Source: Ranitomeya imitator | Taxonomy: Eukaryota | Assembly (NCBI RefSeq): GCF_032444005.1 | Contig: NC_091285.1 | Location: forward strand, 471,572,001-471,636,000 | DNA: 64,000 nucleotides | Direction of reading: 5' to 3' | Shown: positions 12,443 through 24,791 of the stretch, piece after piece | Layout of the letters: each line of letters opens with the position of its first letter | How positions within the stretch are numbered: position 1 is the first letter of the stretch | The notes under the pieces: generated by a model | Told to the model about the DNA's origin: nothing | What the model saw: the letters and a program-made list of their open reading frames with translations, nothing else | The model's database searches: none | Position numbers and translations under genes: made by a program

Positions 12443-13555
12443 GGAACTGAAGATTGGCTGATCACATTCCTTAGTAATCTAAACAACAATTCATTAAACA
12501 TCAATTTGACATGGAAATATAGTAAACGATGTGTAGAGTTCTTGGATGTCTCAATTGAGGTTGGTGACAACGGATTTCTGATGACTGACGTGTTTCGTAA
12601 GGATACGGCAACGAACGCACTCCTTCATGCAGGATCATCACATCACCCACAGACTATTAGGTCCGTCCCGGTGGGGCAATTTTTGCGGATGAAACGAATC
12701 TGCTCTGATGATATGAAATTTGAAAATCAGGCACAAATTTTGAGACAAAATCTCAAACAACGGGGTTATAATCACAAAAACATCCGTGAGGGTTATAGAC
12801 GTGCTAAATTTACATCTCGTAATAAACTGTTGATGAAAAAGACAAAAGACCCTCAAGGATCAGAATTACAAGTGAGACTAATAACTGATTTTAATTCTAG
12901 ATGGACAGATATCTCACAAATCTGTAAAAAACATTGGTCGGTCTTGAGGGTAGACAAAGATCTAGCCAAATACCTCCCTGAACATCCGTCTATTACATGG
13001 AGACGGTCAAAGAATCTTAAAGATATCCTAACTCGAAGCCACTATGTGGCACCCTATAAGTCACCTTTTTCGCAGAAAAAGGGTCCACCATGGGGCTGTT
13101 TTAAGTGTGGGGATTGTTCGGCCTGTAAGTTTGTGGAACGAACATGTACGTTTCACAAAAGTGATTTCTCTCGCACATATACAATCACTCATCATATTAC
13201 GTGTAAGACAGAGATGGTAATTTACTTTGCATCTTGCCCTTGCAACTTAGTGTACATTGGCATGACTACACGTCAACTGAGAGTCAGAATATTGGAACAT
13301 GTGAGAGACATCAAAAAGGCCACTTTAGTACAAGATGTAACCACACTTAAAACAGTCCCTAGGCATTTTAAGGCCTTTCATAACAGTGACCCCAGCGGAT
13401 TCAAAGTTAGAGGCATAGATAGAGTTCAACTTGGTATCAGAGGGGGCAACTATCAAAAAGAGTTATTAAAAAGGGAAACTAAATGGATTGTGACCCTCAA
13501 TACCCTAATACCCAATGGTCTCAATGAAATGGTAAGCTTCAAATCCTTTATTTAA
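12428..13555 (+). pseudogene. PLE ORF 3' part in the right arm (RT C-terminal part plus GIY-YIG)
   Basis: Near-identical to the C-terminal 375 aa of the minus-strand ORF, with two aa differences seen (R/W, K/Q). Confidence 0.9.
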
Positions 13556-14535
13556 TTTGTGGCGCGAATTTTAATTTTATATGGTGTCTGTCTGTTTTTT
13601 ATTTTTATTCTTACTGTACAATATTTTCTGTTTAGTAATTTACTCTTATCTGTATATATAGCACTACAGGTATCTGCTATCTGGTACGATTCCCCAGGAT
13701 TAAAGAATGAATGGATGATTGCCCAATGTGGGATGAACATAATGGACTCTGATGTACTGGTTACCTGGATGAATAACAACATCTGAACTGTATTGAATAT
13801 CATTGCTGTCAACGAAGTTATTTGTTAATAGGTGGCTAAATTATTGTGCTCTTTTCTTTATGGTATATACAATTTTTATCACATAAATGCACGCTGGCAC
13901 TTTAGAATTTATAAGTCTCGGGTAGGCGGTCACTGGGAATGGCTTAGAGCGGTGGATCTTTATGTATTTATATATTCCACATATCATAATTTGTGGTTTT
14001 CTTTTTCTTTTTTGTACTTTTTATTTTTATTATTTTTATTGTTAATAGAATGCTTTTTGATCTATACACTCTGGATGTTACATTGCATATTCATATACAA
14101 CTATTGTATAAGTATATAGGCACTATTCATATATATTGGGATCTGCACAATAACGGATGAGGACACTTAGTGATATGTATTGACAGTTCACCTGTACAGT
14201 ACTTGAGTCTATTTACCCCATTTGGGGGTCGGTGACGGCAATAGTACCGACAATAGTGGGGATTTCTTACCGGAGTAGAGTCTTGTAATAGATGCAGACT
14301 GATGCGCGTCCTGAGCATGCGCTGTCGTTCGGTGTGGGCTTCGGCGCTCAGTAGCGGCATCGCGTAGTCTTGGCAACGGGTCCGGTCAGGTGACCGGATC
14401 ATGTGGCCGGAAGACGTGATCCCTGAGCGCCGGGCTCAGTACGGAGCGACAACATGCCGGGTACGCGCCGCTACAGCTGCAGACAGCTAGACAATTACTG
14501 TTAGGATATATATAGACGCCATATACATCATGGGT

Positions 14536-14581
14536 CACCTCCTGACGAAGCTGCGGGGTCAGCGAAACGCGCGTCGAGGTG
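14536..14581 (+). ncRNA. Minimal type I hammerhead ribozyme (right PLE arm)
   Basis: Stem I CACCTC/GAGGTG; core CTGACGA; stem II GCTG-cggggt-CAGC; GAAA; palindromic stem III ACGCGCGT; GUC cleavage triplet. Confidence 0.85.
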
Positions 14582-15157
14582 TTCGTGTGACTGCTATCCT
14601 GTACCGATATGGCCGCAGGTAATGGACTGACTTTATTATGCTATATTCTCCTGGTGGATGTTTAATCCTATACATATTGGTTGGGTCTATTTTGTGACCC
14701 TCTGTTACCATGTTTATTTAGTTAATGTTCACCCCTTATTTATAAGGGCTAATTATCCATTCAGGTGTTATATTAGCATGCTCCATTAAGCTGATATACT
14801 AGTTAGGGCTATATCAATCTGCAAACTTACGGACTATTATGTCATGATATTGTCTTCATATTATGTAGATTGGCAGGTTTAGGATCAGTCACACTCTCTA
14901 TACTTTGTCTCTGTTGCTAATTTTATTCTAGTCCATGCGCAATGGTGTGCTCACTATTGCTGTAAATTGTATATAACGGTTATTTGTAGTTATATTTTCT
15001 ACGTATTGAAATACTTCTGTCTAAATGTATTAATAAAGAATTCTATATTTTTATAAACTTTGATCGTGTTATTACTTCACTACCTCAGTTGGTTACAAGT
15101 TGTTTTGTGTGAAGAGGATCATAGCGAGCTTTCTTTTATAGAGGAATTGTTTTGGTG

Positions 15158-15750
15158 ATAGTCTCATCAGGGTCTGATTCTGGATCAGTACCCTGCGAGG
15201 GCAATGTTGTGGTCTGAGTCAAAGGACCAGCATAGTAGTCTGGCTGTGGCTGTGCATCAGTGCACTCCATGTCAGATTCAACTTGTAATGGGCATGGCCT
15301 GTTAACTGTTTCACTTTCTAAGCCAGGGACGGTATGTGTAAAGAGCTCCATGGAGTAACCCTTTGTGTCGCCTGCTGCATCCTTCTCTGTTGTTGTTTTT
15401 GCTGAAGAGGACAAGGAAGCGACTTGTCCCTGACCGTGAACATCCACTAACGACGCGCTGCTTTTACATTTACCAGTTTCAAAAGAGGAGGCAAAAGAGC
15501 TAGAGGCTGAGTCAGCAAGGTAAGCCAAAACTTGCTCTTGCTGCTCCGGCTTTAAAAGCGGTTTTCCTACTCCCAGAAAAGGGAGGGTTCGAGGCCTTCT
15601 GTAGCCAGACGACGAACCTGGCTCCACAGCTCCAGACTTAGGTGCAATATTTTTTTTACCACGACCACCTGATGCTCCACTACCACTACCATCATTACCA
15701 GCTGACAATGAACGCCCACGGCCACGACCTCTTCCACCAGACTTCCTCAT
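15158..15750 (-). pseudogene. hAT transposase N-terminal part
   Basis: MRKSGGRGRGRGRS...GTDPESDPDET joins PDETMLPRHERY at 9387 once the PLE and one TSD copy are removed. Confidence 0.85.
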
Positions 15751-15832
15751 TGTTTTAAAAACGTAACCAAAGTAACGGTATTTGTTGCTGTCAAACAACT
15801 TACACGGTGAGCTATAACTTCAGTATGATTTA

Positions 15833-16153
15833 AGAACAAGATACACGGCACTCTATAGATTTGTGAGTAGAGGTGCTCAAGTAGGGTTTCCAGCCCCTTA
15901 AATCAACTGTATCAAAAAACTTGGCACTCAATAATGCTTGTAGAAAATAAAGTCATTTATTTTGCATCAGGACAAACAGATCAACTGTAGCTCGTATCTT
16001 GCTAAACGTTTTCGGTCCTTTGTGGACCTTCCTCAGAGCAAGTTTATCTGGAGCGTAGGATCTGGACATATACCCAGATGCATGAGGGATGCTGACACTA
16101 TATGTAGAGGCAAATTTCAGAGGCATTATTGAGTGCCAAGTTTTTTGATACAG
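15833..16153 (-). mobile_element. Non-autonomous HHR-bearing mini-element (PLE/retrozyme-like), 321 bp
   Basis: 14-bp TSD TTCAGTATGATTTA (15819-15832, 16154-16167). Perfect 33-bp inverted arms 15905-15937 and 16123-16155. Unpaired tail 15833-15904. HHR in the spacer. Confidence 0.85.
15998..16042 (-). ncRNA. Minimal hammerhead ribozyme
   Basis: Minus strand reads CTTGCT-CTGAGGA-A-GGTCC-acaaa-GGACC-GAAA-ACGT-TT-AGCAAG. Confidence 0.8.
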
Positions 16154-16239
16154 TTCAGTATGATTTAGATATCCCTTTACAGGTGGGTGAGACCGCAAGG
16201 AAAATCAGGCACAATGTTACACACTCTGTTTTTGGTGGC

Positions 16240-16980
16240 ACCAAATGAGAGAGATGCCACACACGCAGGACTGTCACTCAAGCACAAATGCCAATATTAA
16301 TCTCCCCCTTTTTTTTTTTTTTCAGGAAGAATTTAGAAACCAAATAAAAAAAATTGATTTTTTCAGGGAGAATTTAGAAACCAAATAAAAAAATCGATTT
16401 TTTCAGGGAGAATTTAGAAACCAAATTAAAAAAAAAAAAAAATAGGCTTTCTATGGCCCACTATTTGAGAGAGAGAGATGGCACACCCAGGAGTCAGGAC
16501 TGGCGCACAAGCTGAAAGGCCAATATTAATCTCCCACTGATTTTTTTTTTTATTTTTTCAGTGAGAATTTAGAAAACAAATAAAAAAAAAAATAGGCTTT
16601 CTATGGCCCACTATTTGAGAGATAGAGATGGCACACCCAGGAGTCAGGAGTGGCACACAAGCAGAAAGGCCAATATTAATCTCCCACTGATTTTTTTTTT
16701 ATTTTTTCAGGGAGAATTTAGAAACCTAATTTAAAAAAAAAAAAAAAATAGGCTTTCTATGGCCCACTATTTGACAGAGAGATGGCACACTCAGGACTGG
16801 CACACAAGCCCAAAGGCCAATATTAATCTCCCACTGTTTTTTTTTTCAGGGAGAATTTATAACCCCCCCCAAAAAAAAAACAGAAAAATAAAAAGGCTTT
16901 CTATGGCCCACTATGTGAGAGAGATGGCACACACAGGGATGGCACTCTAGCAGAAATGCCAATCTTCATCTCCCACAACT
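16240..16980. repeat. Subterminal tandem repeats of the hAT element, about 150-bp unit
   Basis: AGGCTTTCTATGGCCCACTA...GATGGCACAC recurs near 16441, 16591, 16747, 16895. Confidence 0.8.
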
Positions 16981-18299
16981 TATTTTTTTAGGGAGAAAAA
17001 AAAAAAAAAAGGGACTGTCCTACAATTACTATCTCCCTGCAGTAATCTCAGCCAGGTATGGCAGGCAGCAATAAAGAGTGGACTGATGCACAAATTAAAT
17101 AAAAAGTGTGGACAAACAAACAAGATAGCTGTGCAGAAAGGAAGGAACAACAGGATTTGTGCTTTGAAAAAAGCAGTTGGTTTGCACAGCGGCGTACACA
17201 CAGCAATGCAGCTATCAGGGAGCCTTCTAGAGCAGCCCAATGAGCTACAGCGCTGAGGAAAAAAAATGTAGCTTCCACTGTCCCTGCAAACAAAAGGTGG
17301 TGTTGGACAGTGGAAATCGCTACAGCACAAGCGGTTTGGTGGTTAATGGACCCTGCCTAACGCTATCCCTGCTTCTGACAAAGCGGCAGCAACCTCTCCC
17401 TAGGCTCAGATCAGCAGCAGTAAGATGGCGGTCGGCGGGAACGCCTCTTTATAGCCCCTGTGACGCCGCAGACAGCAAGCCAATCACTGCAATGCCCTTC
17501 TCTAAGATGGTGGGGACCAGGACCTATGTCATCACGCTGCCCACACTCTGCGTCCACCTTCATTGACTGAGAAATGGCGCTTTCAGCGTCATTGAAACGC
17601 GACTTTGGCGCGAAAGTCGCGTACCGCATGGCCGACCCCACACAGGGGTCGGGTCGGGTTTCATGAAACCCGACTTTGCCAAAAGTCGGCGACTTTTGAA
17701 AATGAACGATCCATTTCGCTCAACCCTACTCCTTACAATAGGTCAAAGTGAAAAACTATTTTAACCCCTTTACCCCCAAGGGTGGTTTGCACGTTATGGA
17801 CCGGGCCAATTTTTTCAATTCTGACCACTGTCCCTTTATGAGGTTATAACTCTGGAACGCTTCAACGGATCCCGGTGATTCTGACATTGTTTTCTCGCGA
17901 CATATTGTACTTCATGATAGTGGTAAAATTTATTTGATATTACCTGCGTTTATTTGTGAAAAAAACGGAAATATGGCGATAATTTATAAAATTTCGCCAT
18001 TTTCCAACTTTGAATTTTTATGCAATTAAATCACAGAGATATGTCACACAAAATACTTCATAAGTAACATTCCCACATGTCTACTTTACATCAGCACAAT
18101 TTTGGAACCAAAATTTTTATTTGTTAGGGAGTTATAAGGGTTAAAAGTTGACCAGCAATTTCTCATTTTTACAACACCATTTTATTTTAGGGACCACATC
18201 TCATTTGAAGTCATTTTGAGGGATCTATATGATAGAAAATACCCAAGTGTGACACCATTCTAAAAACTACACCCCTCAAGGTGCTCAAAACCACATTCA

Positions 18300-19810
18300 A
18301 GAAGTATATTAACCCTTCAGGTGTTTCACAGGAATTTTTGGAATGTTTAAATAAAAATTAACATTTAACTTTTATTCACAAAAAAATTTACTCCAGCTCC
18401 AATTTGTTTTATTTTACCAAGGGTTACAGGAGAAAATGGACCCCAAACCTTGTTGAACAATTTGTCCTGAGTACGCTGATACCCCATAAGTGGAGGTAAA
18501 CCACTGTTTGGGCGCATGACAGAGCTTGGAAGCGAAGGAGCGGCATTTGACTTATCAATGAAAAATTGACTGGAATTGAGATGGGACGCCATGTTGCGTT
18601 TGGAGAGCCACTGATGTGCCTAAACATTGAATCCCCCCACAAGTGACACCATTTTGGAAAGTAGACCCCCTAAGGAACTTATCTAGAGGTGTGCTGAGCA
18701 CTTTGACCCACCAAGTGCTTCACAGAAGTTTATAATGCAGAACCGTAAAAATAAAAAATAATTTTTTTTTCACAAAAATTATCTTTTCACCCCCAATTTT
18801 TTATTTTCCCAATGGCAAGAGAAGAAATTGGAGCCAAAAAGTTGTTGTACAATTTGTCCTGAGTATGATGATACCCCATATGTGGGGATAAACCACTGTT
18901 TGGGCGCATGGGAGAGCTCGGAAGGGAAGGAGCGCCGTTTGACTATTCAATGCAAAATTCACAGGAATTGAGATGAGACGCCATGTTGCGTTTGGAGAGC
19001 CACTGATGTGCCTAAACATTGAAACCCCCACAAGTGACACCATTTTGGAAAGTAGACCCCCTAAGGAACTTATCTAGATGTGTGGTGAGCACTTTGACCC
19101 ACCAAGAGCTTCACAGAAGTTTATAATGCAGAGCCGTAAAAAATAAAACAAAAATTTTTTCCCACAAAAATTATTTTTTAGTCCCCAGTTTTGTATTTTC
19201 CCGAGGGTAACAGGAGAAATTGGACCCCAAAAGTTGTTGTGCAATTTGTCCTGAGTGCGCTGATACCCCATATGTGGGGGGAACCACCGTTAGGGCGCAT
19301 GGGTGGGCTCGGAAGGGAAGGAGCACCATTTGGAATACAGACTTAGATGGAATGGTCTGCAGGCGTCACATTGCATTTGCAGAGCCCCTAATGTACCTAA
19401 ACAGTAGAAACCCCCCACAAGTGACCCCATATTGGAAACTAGACCCCCCAAGGAACTTATCTAGATGTGTTGTGAGACCTTTGAGCCCCCAAGTGTTTCA
19501 CTACAGTTTCTAACGCAGAGCCGTGAAATTAAAAAATCTTTTTTTTTCCCACAAAAATTATTTTTTAGCCCCCAGTTTTGTATTTTCCCAAGAGTAACAG
19601 GAGAAATTGGACCCCAAAAGTTGTTGTCCAATTTGTCCTGAGTACGCTGATACCCCATATGTTGGGGTAAACTCCTGTTTGGACACATGGGAGAGCTCGG
19701 AAGGGAAGGAGCACTGTTTTACTTTTTCAACGCAGAATTGGCTGGAATTGAGATTGGACGCCATGTCGCGTTTGGAGAGCCCCTGATGTGTCTGAACAGT
19801 GGAAACCCCC
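18300..19810. repeat. Internal tandem repeat, about 390-bp unit, about 4 copies
   Basis: GAGAAA(A)TGGACCCC...ATTTGTCCTGAGT...GATACCCCA block recurs near 18429, 18820, 19211, 19599. Confidence 0.85.
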
Positions 19811-19819
19811 CAATTATAA

Positions 19820-19991
19820 CTGAAACCCTAATCCAAACACACCCCTAACCCTAATTCCAACGGTAACCCTAACCACACCTCTAACCCAGACACACCCCTA
19901 ACCCTAATCCCAACCCTATTCCCAACCGCAAATGTAATCCAAACCCTACCCCTAACTTTAGCCCCAACCCTAACTGTAGCCTTAACCCTAA
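19820..19991. repeat. Degenerate (CCCTAA)n telomere-like repeat
   Basis: Many CCCTAA/CCCTAT/CCCAA hexamer variants running into the N gap. Confidence 0.7.
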
Positions 19992-20235
19992 NNNNNNNNN
20001 NNNNNNNNNNNNNNNNNNNNNNNNNNNNNNNNNNNNNNNNNNNNNNNNNNNNNNNNNNNNNNNNNNNNNNNNNNNNNNNNNNNNNNNNNNNNNNNNNNNN
20101 NNNNNNNNNNNNNNNNNNNNNNNNNNNNNNNNNNNNNNNNNNNNNNNNNNNNNNNNNNNNNNNNNNNNNNNNNNNNNNNNNNNNNNNNNNNNNNNNNNNN
20201 NNNNNNNNNNNNNNNNNNNNNNNNNNNNNNNNNNN
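19992..20235. other. Assembly gap (244 N)
   Basis: Run of n characters. Confidence 1.
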
Positions 20236-23007
20236 GAAGTAAATACATTTTTTTAATTTTTTTATTTTTCTCTAACTAAAGGGGTGATGAAGGGGGGTTT
20301 GATTTACTTTTATAGCGGGTTTTTTAGCGGATTTTTATGATTGGCAGCCGTCACACACTGAAAGACGCTTTTTATTGCAAAAAATATTTTTTGCGTTACC
20401 ACATTTTGAGAACTATAATTTTTCCATATTTGAGTCCACAGAGTCATGTGAGGTCTTGTTTTTTGCGGGACGAGTTGACGTTTTTATTGGTAACATTTTC
20501 GGGCACGTGACATTTTTTGATCGCTTTTTATTCCGATTTTTGTGAGGCAGAATTACCAAAAACCAGGTATTCATGAATTTCTTTTGAGGAAGGCGTTTAT
20601 ACCGTTCTGCGTTTGGTAAAATTGATAAAGCAGTTTTATTCTTCGGGTCAGTACGATTACAGCGATACCTCATTTATATCATTTTTTTATGTTTTGGCGC
20701 TTTTATACGAAAAAACTATTTTATAGAAAAAATAATTATTTTTGCATCGCTTTATTCTCAGGACTATAACTTTTTTATTTTTTTGCTGATGATGCTGTAT
20801 TGTGGCTCGTTTTTTGTGGGACAAGATGATGCTTTCAGCGGTACCATGGTTATTTATATCCGTCTTTTTGATCGCGTGTTATTCCACTTTTTGTTCCGTG
20901 GTATGATAATAAAGCGTTGTTTTTTGTCTCGTTTTTTTTTTTTTTCTTACGATGTTTGCTGAAGGGGCTAACTAGTGGGACAGTTTTATAGGTCGGGTCG
21001 TCACGGATGCGGCGATACTAAATGTGTACTTTCATTGTTTTGTTTTTTTTATTTAGATAAAGAAATGTGTTTATGGGAATAATATTTTTTTTTTTCCATT
21101 ATTTAGGATTTTTTTTTTTTTTACACATTTGTAAATTTTTTTTTTTACTTTGTCCCAGGGGGGGACATCACAGATCGGTGATCTGACAGTTTGCACAGCA
21201 CTCTGACAGATCACCGATCTGTCTGAGAGCAGTGCAGCGTTACCAAGTGCCTGCTCTGAGCAGGCACTTGGTAAGCCACCTCCCTCCCTGCAGGACCCGG
21301 ATCCGCGGCCATTTTGGATCCAGGACTTGCTGCAGGAAGGAGGTAGGAGACCCCCGGAGCAACGCGAGCACATCGCGTTGGTGCGGGGGTCTCAGGGAAG
21401 CCCGCAGGGAGCCCCCTCCCTGCGGGAAGCTTCCCTGCACCGCCGGCACATCGCGATCATGTTTGATCGCGGTGTGCCGGGGGTTAATGTGCCGGGGGCG
21501 GTCCGTGACCGCTCCTGGCACATAGTGCCGGATGTCAGCTGCGATAAGCAGCTGACACCCGGCCGCGATCGGCCGCGCTCCCCCCGTGAGCGCGGCCGAT
21601 CGCCTATGACGTACTATTCCGTCCTTGGGAAGTAAAGCCCACCCCACATGGACGGAATAGTACGTCTAATGGCAGAAAGGGGTTAATGATGATAATATGA
21701 ATCATAAAAAAAGGTACTAAAATTTTTTGACAAATATTTTTAACATAAAAAAATTATAAGTGTTATAGCATTGTAATCTTGTCTGGCCAGTCAGTCACAG
21801 TTGTATTATACAGGATAATACGGGACTGGTATACTCATCACTTATAGCAAATAGGCTAGTAATGTTACAGTTTAGTACCAACTACATCAACAAGGATGCG
21901 ATATAAAGGTTACTTTGGCTTTAACTATCCAACAGCTGCCCCCAGTGTAACACTTGTTCCTTGTACCGTAACCAAATCATTCAGGGGAAATGGAGAAGTA
22001 AATATAACCAATATAAGGAAACATTTAGAAAACATATGGCACGTAACTCTCCCGGCTGCACATTGAAATAAATACCTGTAAGACGTCAAGGAAGACCATT
22101 GTCAGGACATGTCCTCACTCTTGTCCTTACATGTACGTAAAAAATATATAGCAGATATACAGAAATGAAAGGTTCAGGCCAGCCTGTATGTATTACCCTC
22201 CATGTGCATGCAGTGAGAAATTCTGCAAATTGTTATAATTAGTACATTTTCATTTACTCCACACCAGAGGAAACAGACACACACATTTTCCCCACTTACA
22301 AAATGTATGCACAGTTCATGGACTTGAGTTGTGGTTAAAAAGAAGTTCCCAAGTGGGTACTAACACGCATCATAAAACCCACATGTGTAACACACTACTC
22401 TACAGTTCTTCAGCACTGGTGGCCCACTCCAGAAAACTGCCTTAAGTTCAACCTTTGCGAAGAATGACCTGTTCTTTAACCTTTTTTGAAAAAGTATGAT
22501 ACGCAACAATTAAGGAAACAATCTAGGACGCACCGCTGACTTTATGTAGAGTATGGTTGTAGGAGAGGAAATCTTGAAGTTGAAGGAATGCAGAAGCCTG
22601 GATGTCATCAAGAATAAGAACTGTCTTTGTATTTGATGCGTTTGTAATGTTTTCTGCGTACCTATAGCTACAGACAATAACTTACCTATTACAATTATAG
22701 AAATACATATTGAGTTAATAATTCTCTAGTACCAACATTTTTCAGTAGCTGCTGAACCCTGTAACATTTTTTATAATTCTATTTTTGTAGAAAATGTTTG
22801 CTGTTTAGATGGGTAGTTAATGTAGTGGGAATGGTAAATTAGTTAATGCACTTAAAGGGGTTGTTAAATGTTCATAAATGGGGAAAATAGAAAAATGCTT
22901 GTTAATACAAGCAGCTTTGCAATTTACTTACCGGAACTTAAAATCCTATGAGATCGTAAAAACAGGGATTTTTATTTTCATTATTTACAGCTCATTGTCT
23001 AGGTTAC

Positions 23008-23293
23008 CGTCCACCTCTGCATTGGCCAATTTCTCAAATGAGGAGCTTCTTGCTTGCAAGCTTCTTGCTATACAGCTTGCATATGCTGCTCTGAAGTTGG
23101 CCAGATCGCTAGATACGGCTTCAGGACCCCTGTGCTTCTTCGAAGCTAGAGGCATAACTGCCTCTGCTTGCAGCAATGGAGAGCATGCAGTATGGTCCAG
23201 CTGTGCAGACAGGCTGCCGGCCTGAACTGACAACTTCAGGAGTGCACTATCCCCAATAACCAGAAAGCCGTAAGTCAGATGAGTGGTGCATTC
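23008..23293 (-). CDS. Candidate internal exon of an unidentified host gene
   Basis: Acceptor ctgtttttcag|GAA and donor GACG|gtaacc. It is the only frame on either strand that stays open across this GC-richer island (ECTTHLTYGF...LANAEVD). Protein not recognised. Confidence 0.5.
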
Positions 23294-23970
23294 CTGAAAA
23301 ACAGATATGAGACAACCCTTATATGTAGAGGAATACAAATATTGAATTTTTGTATGAAAAAGTAAGAACGCCTCATGTAAAGTTTGTGGACATGTTAGCA
23401 TTGCATCTTCTTTCCGAATATAAGGGGATTAAAAGAAAATGGTACAAGCAAGTTGATATTGAAAAAACTTTGAATGGAAAAAAAAATTAATAGATCCGCC
23501 CTGCTGTGGAAGGCCAAAAAGGATAGCACAATTGCTAGAAATCTTTATTGGTCACTGTTGTTAATATTAAAAATATTAAAAATAATCTGTCAAGGTGTGA
23601 CCCGACCCAACAGGTGGTCTGTCAACGGACAGCACAACTCACAAACAGGATGTCTGCCCTGGCTAGTGCACTGGCCGGCAAGGAGCATTAGCCTCACCTC
23701 TGCAGATAATACACACAGGGGAATTGACAAACACCAAAAGGGAAAAGGTAACAAAAACACCACACTTAACTTATGAACAGCGCTGCTAAGCTCCACACCA
23801 CAGAAAACAGCAGCAACTGGACTCCAATAACTGGACATGGCTAACACCAGAGAGCTGCTCCTGCTAGGCTGGTCCCCAAAAGGAAACTGTATCACCAACA
23901 GTCAGCTGATGCATCACGTGATCCTTTAATGGATGGTGGGAAAAAAGTTTTAAATTTAGTATAACCAGAG

Positions 23971-24791
23971 TGTTATGAACTGGTGATTCAGAACCACAAA
24001 TGACCTAGTGGTTAAGAGCACACAAAGTGACCTGATAGTTACTAATATCATAGGACGAGCTCTGAGACGTTGGAACTCTGCTGACCGCAATCCCTAATCC
24101 TATCATACCACACTAGAGGTAGCCGTGGAGCGCTCCTGACCAGACCTAGGCGCCTCGGGCACAGCCTGAGAAACTAGCTAGCCCTGAAGATAGAAAAATA
24201 AGCCTACCTTGCCTCAGAGAAATTCCCCAAAGGAAAAGGCAGCCCCCCACATATAATGACTGTGAGTAAAGATGAAAATACAAACACAGAGATGAAATAG
24301 ATTTTAGCAAAGTGAGGCCCGACTTACTGAATAGACCGAGGATAGGAAAGATAGCTTTGCAGTCAGCACAAAAACCTACAAACAACCACGCAGAGGGCGC
24401 AAAAAGACCCTCCGCACCGACTAACGGTACTGAGGTGCTCCCTCTGCGTCTCAGAGCTTCCAGCAAGCAAGAAAAACCAATATAGCAAGCTGGACTGAAA
24501 AAATAGCAAACAAAAGTAACACAAGCAAAACTTAGCTTATGCAGGGCAGGCAGGCCACAAGAACGATCCAGGAGAGAGCAAGACCAATACTGGAACATTG
24601 ACTGGAGGCAAGGAACAAAGAACTAGGTGGAGTTAAATAGAGCAGCACCTAAAGACTTAACCTCGTCACCTGAGGAAGGAAACTCAGAAGCCGCAGCCCC
24701 ACTCACATCCACCAGAGGAAGCTCATAGACAGAACCAGCCGAAGTACCACTCATGACCACAGGAGGGAGCTTGACCACAGAATTCACAACA
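23971..24791 (-). repeat. 3' LTR (821 bp)
   Basis: TGTTATGAAC...TTCACAACA on plus; near-identical to 28981-29774. Confidence 0.95.

Larger units (their letters stand above)
9388..15157. mobile_element. Fold-back Penelope-like retroelement (PLE), probably Neptune-type
   Basis: Inverted arms 9388-12068 and 12415-15095 (2681 bp each), 346-bp spacer, unpaired tail 15096-15157. 14-bp direct repeat ATAGTCTCATCAGG at 9374-9387 and 15158-15171. Encodes RT plus GIY-YIG endonuclease. Confidence 0.95.
1783..17728 (-). mobile_element. hAT-superfamily DNA transposon, internally deleted, carrying nested insertions
   Basis: TIRs TAGAGTTGAGCGA (1783) and TCGCTCAACCCTA (ends 17728). Identical 8-bp flanks CTCCTTAC at 1775-1782 and 17729-17736. 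Encodes a BED-finger hAT transposase on the minus strand. Confidence 0.95.
17765..21682. mobile_element. TTAA-flanked non-autonomous piggyBac-like element (spans the assembly gap)
   Basis: TTAA|CCCCTTT at 17761-17771 and AAAGGGG|TTAA at 21676-21686. No transposase ORF. Continuity across the gap is assumed. Confidence 0.7.

Noticed and set aside
9388-15095. Palindrome as a sequencing or assembly hairpin artefact
   Set aside because: The arms differ by scattered substitutions, a 14-bp TSD brackets the structure, the interrupted transposase rejoins in frame, and four other insertions have the same design. Raw reads would be the final check.
19820-20248. True chromosome end; also the poly-X ORF across the gap
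   Set aside because: The hexamers are degenerate and internal to a transposon with ordinary sequence beyond. The ORF is an artefact of Ns.
22878-23270. Plus-strand exon (tttacag acceptor at 22990, gtaagt donor at 23270)
   Set aside because: All three plus frames contain stops between these signals, while the minus frame is open. The strand call remains tentative.
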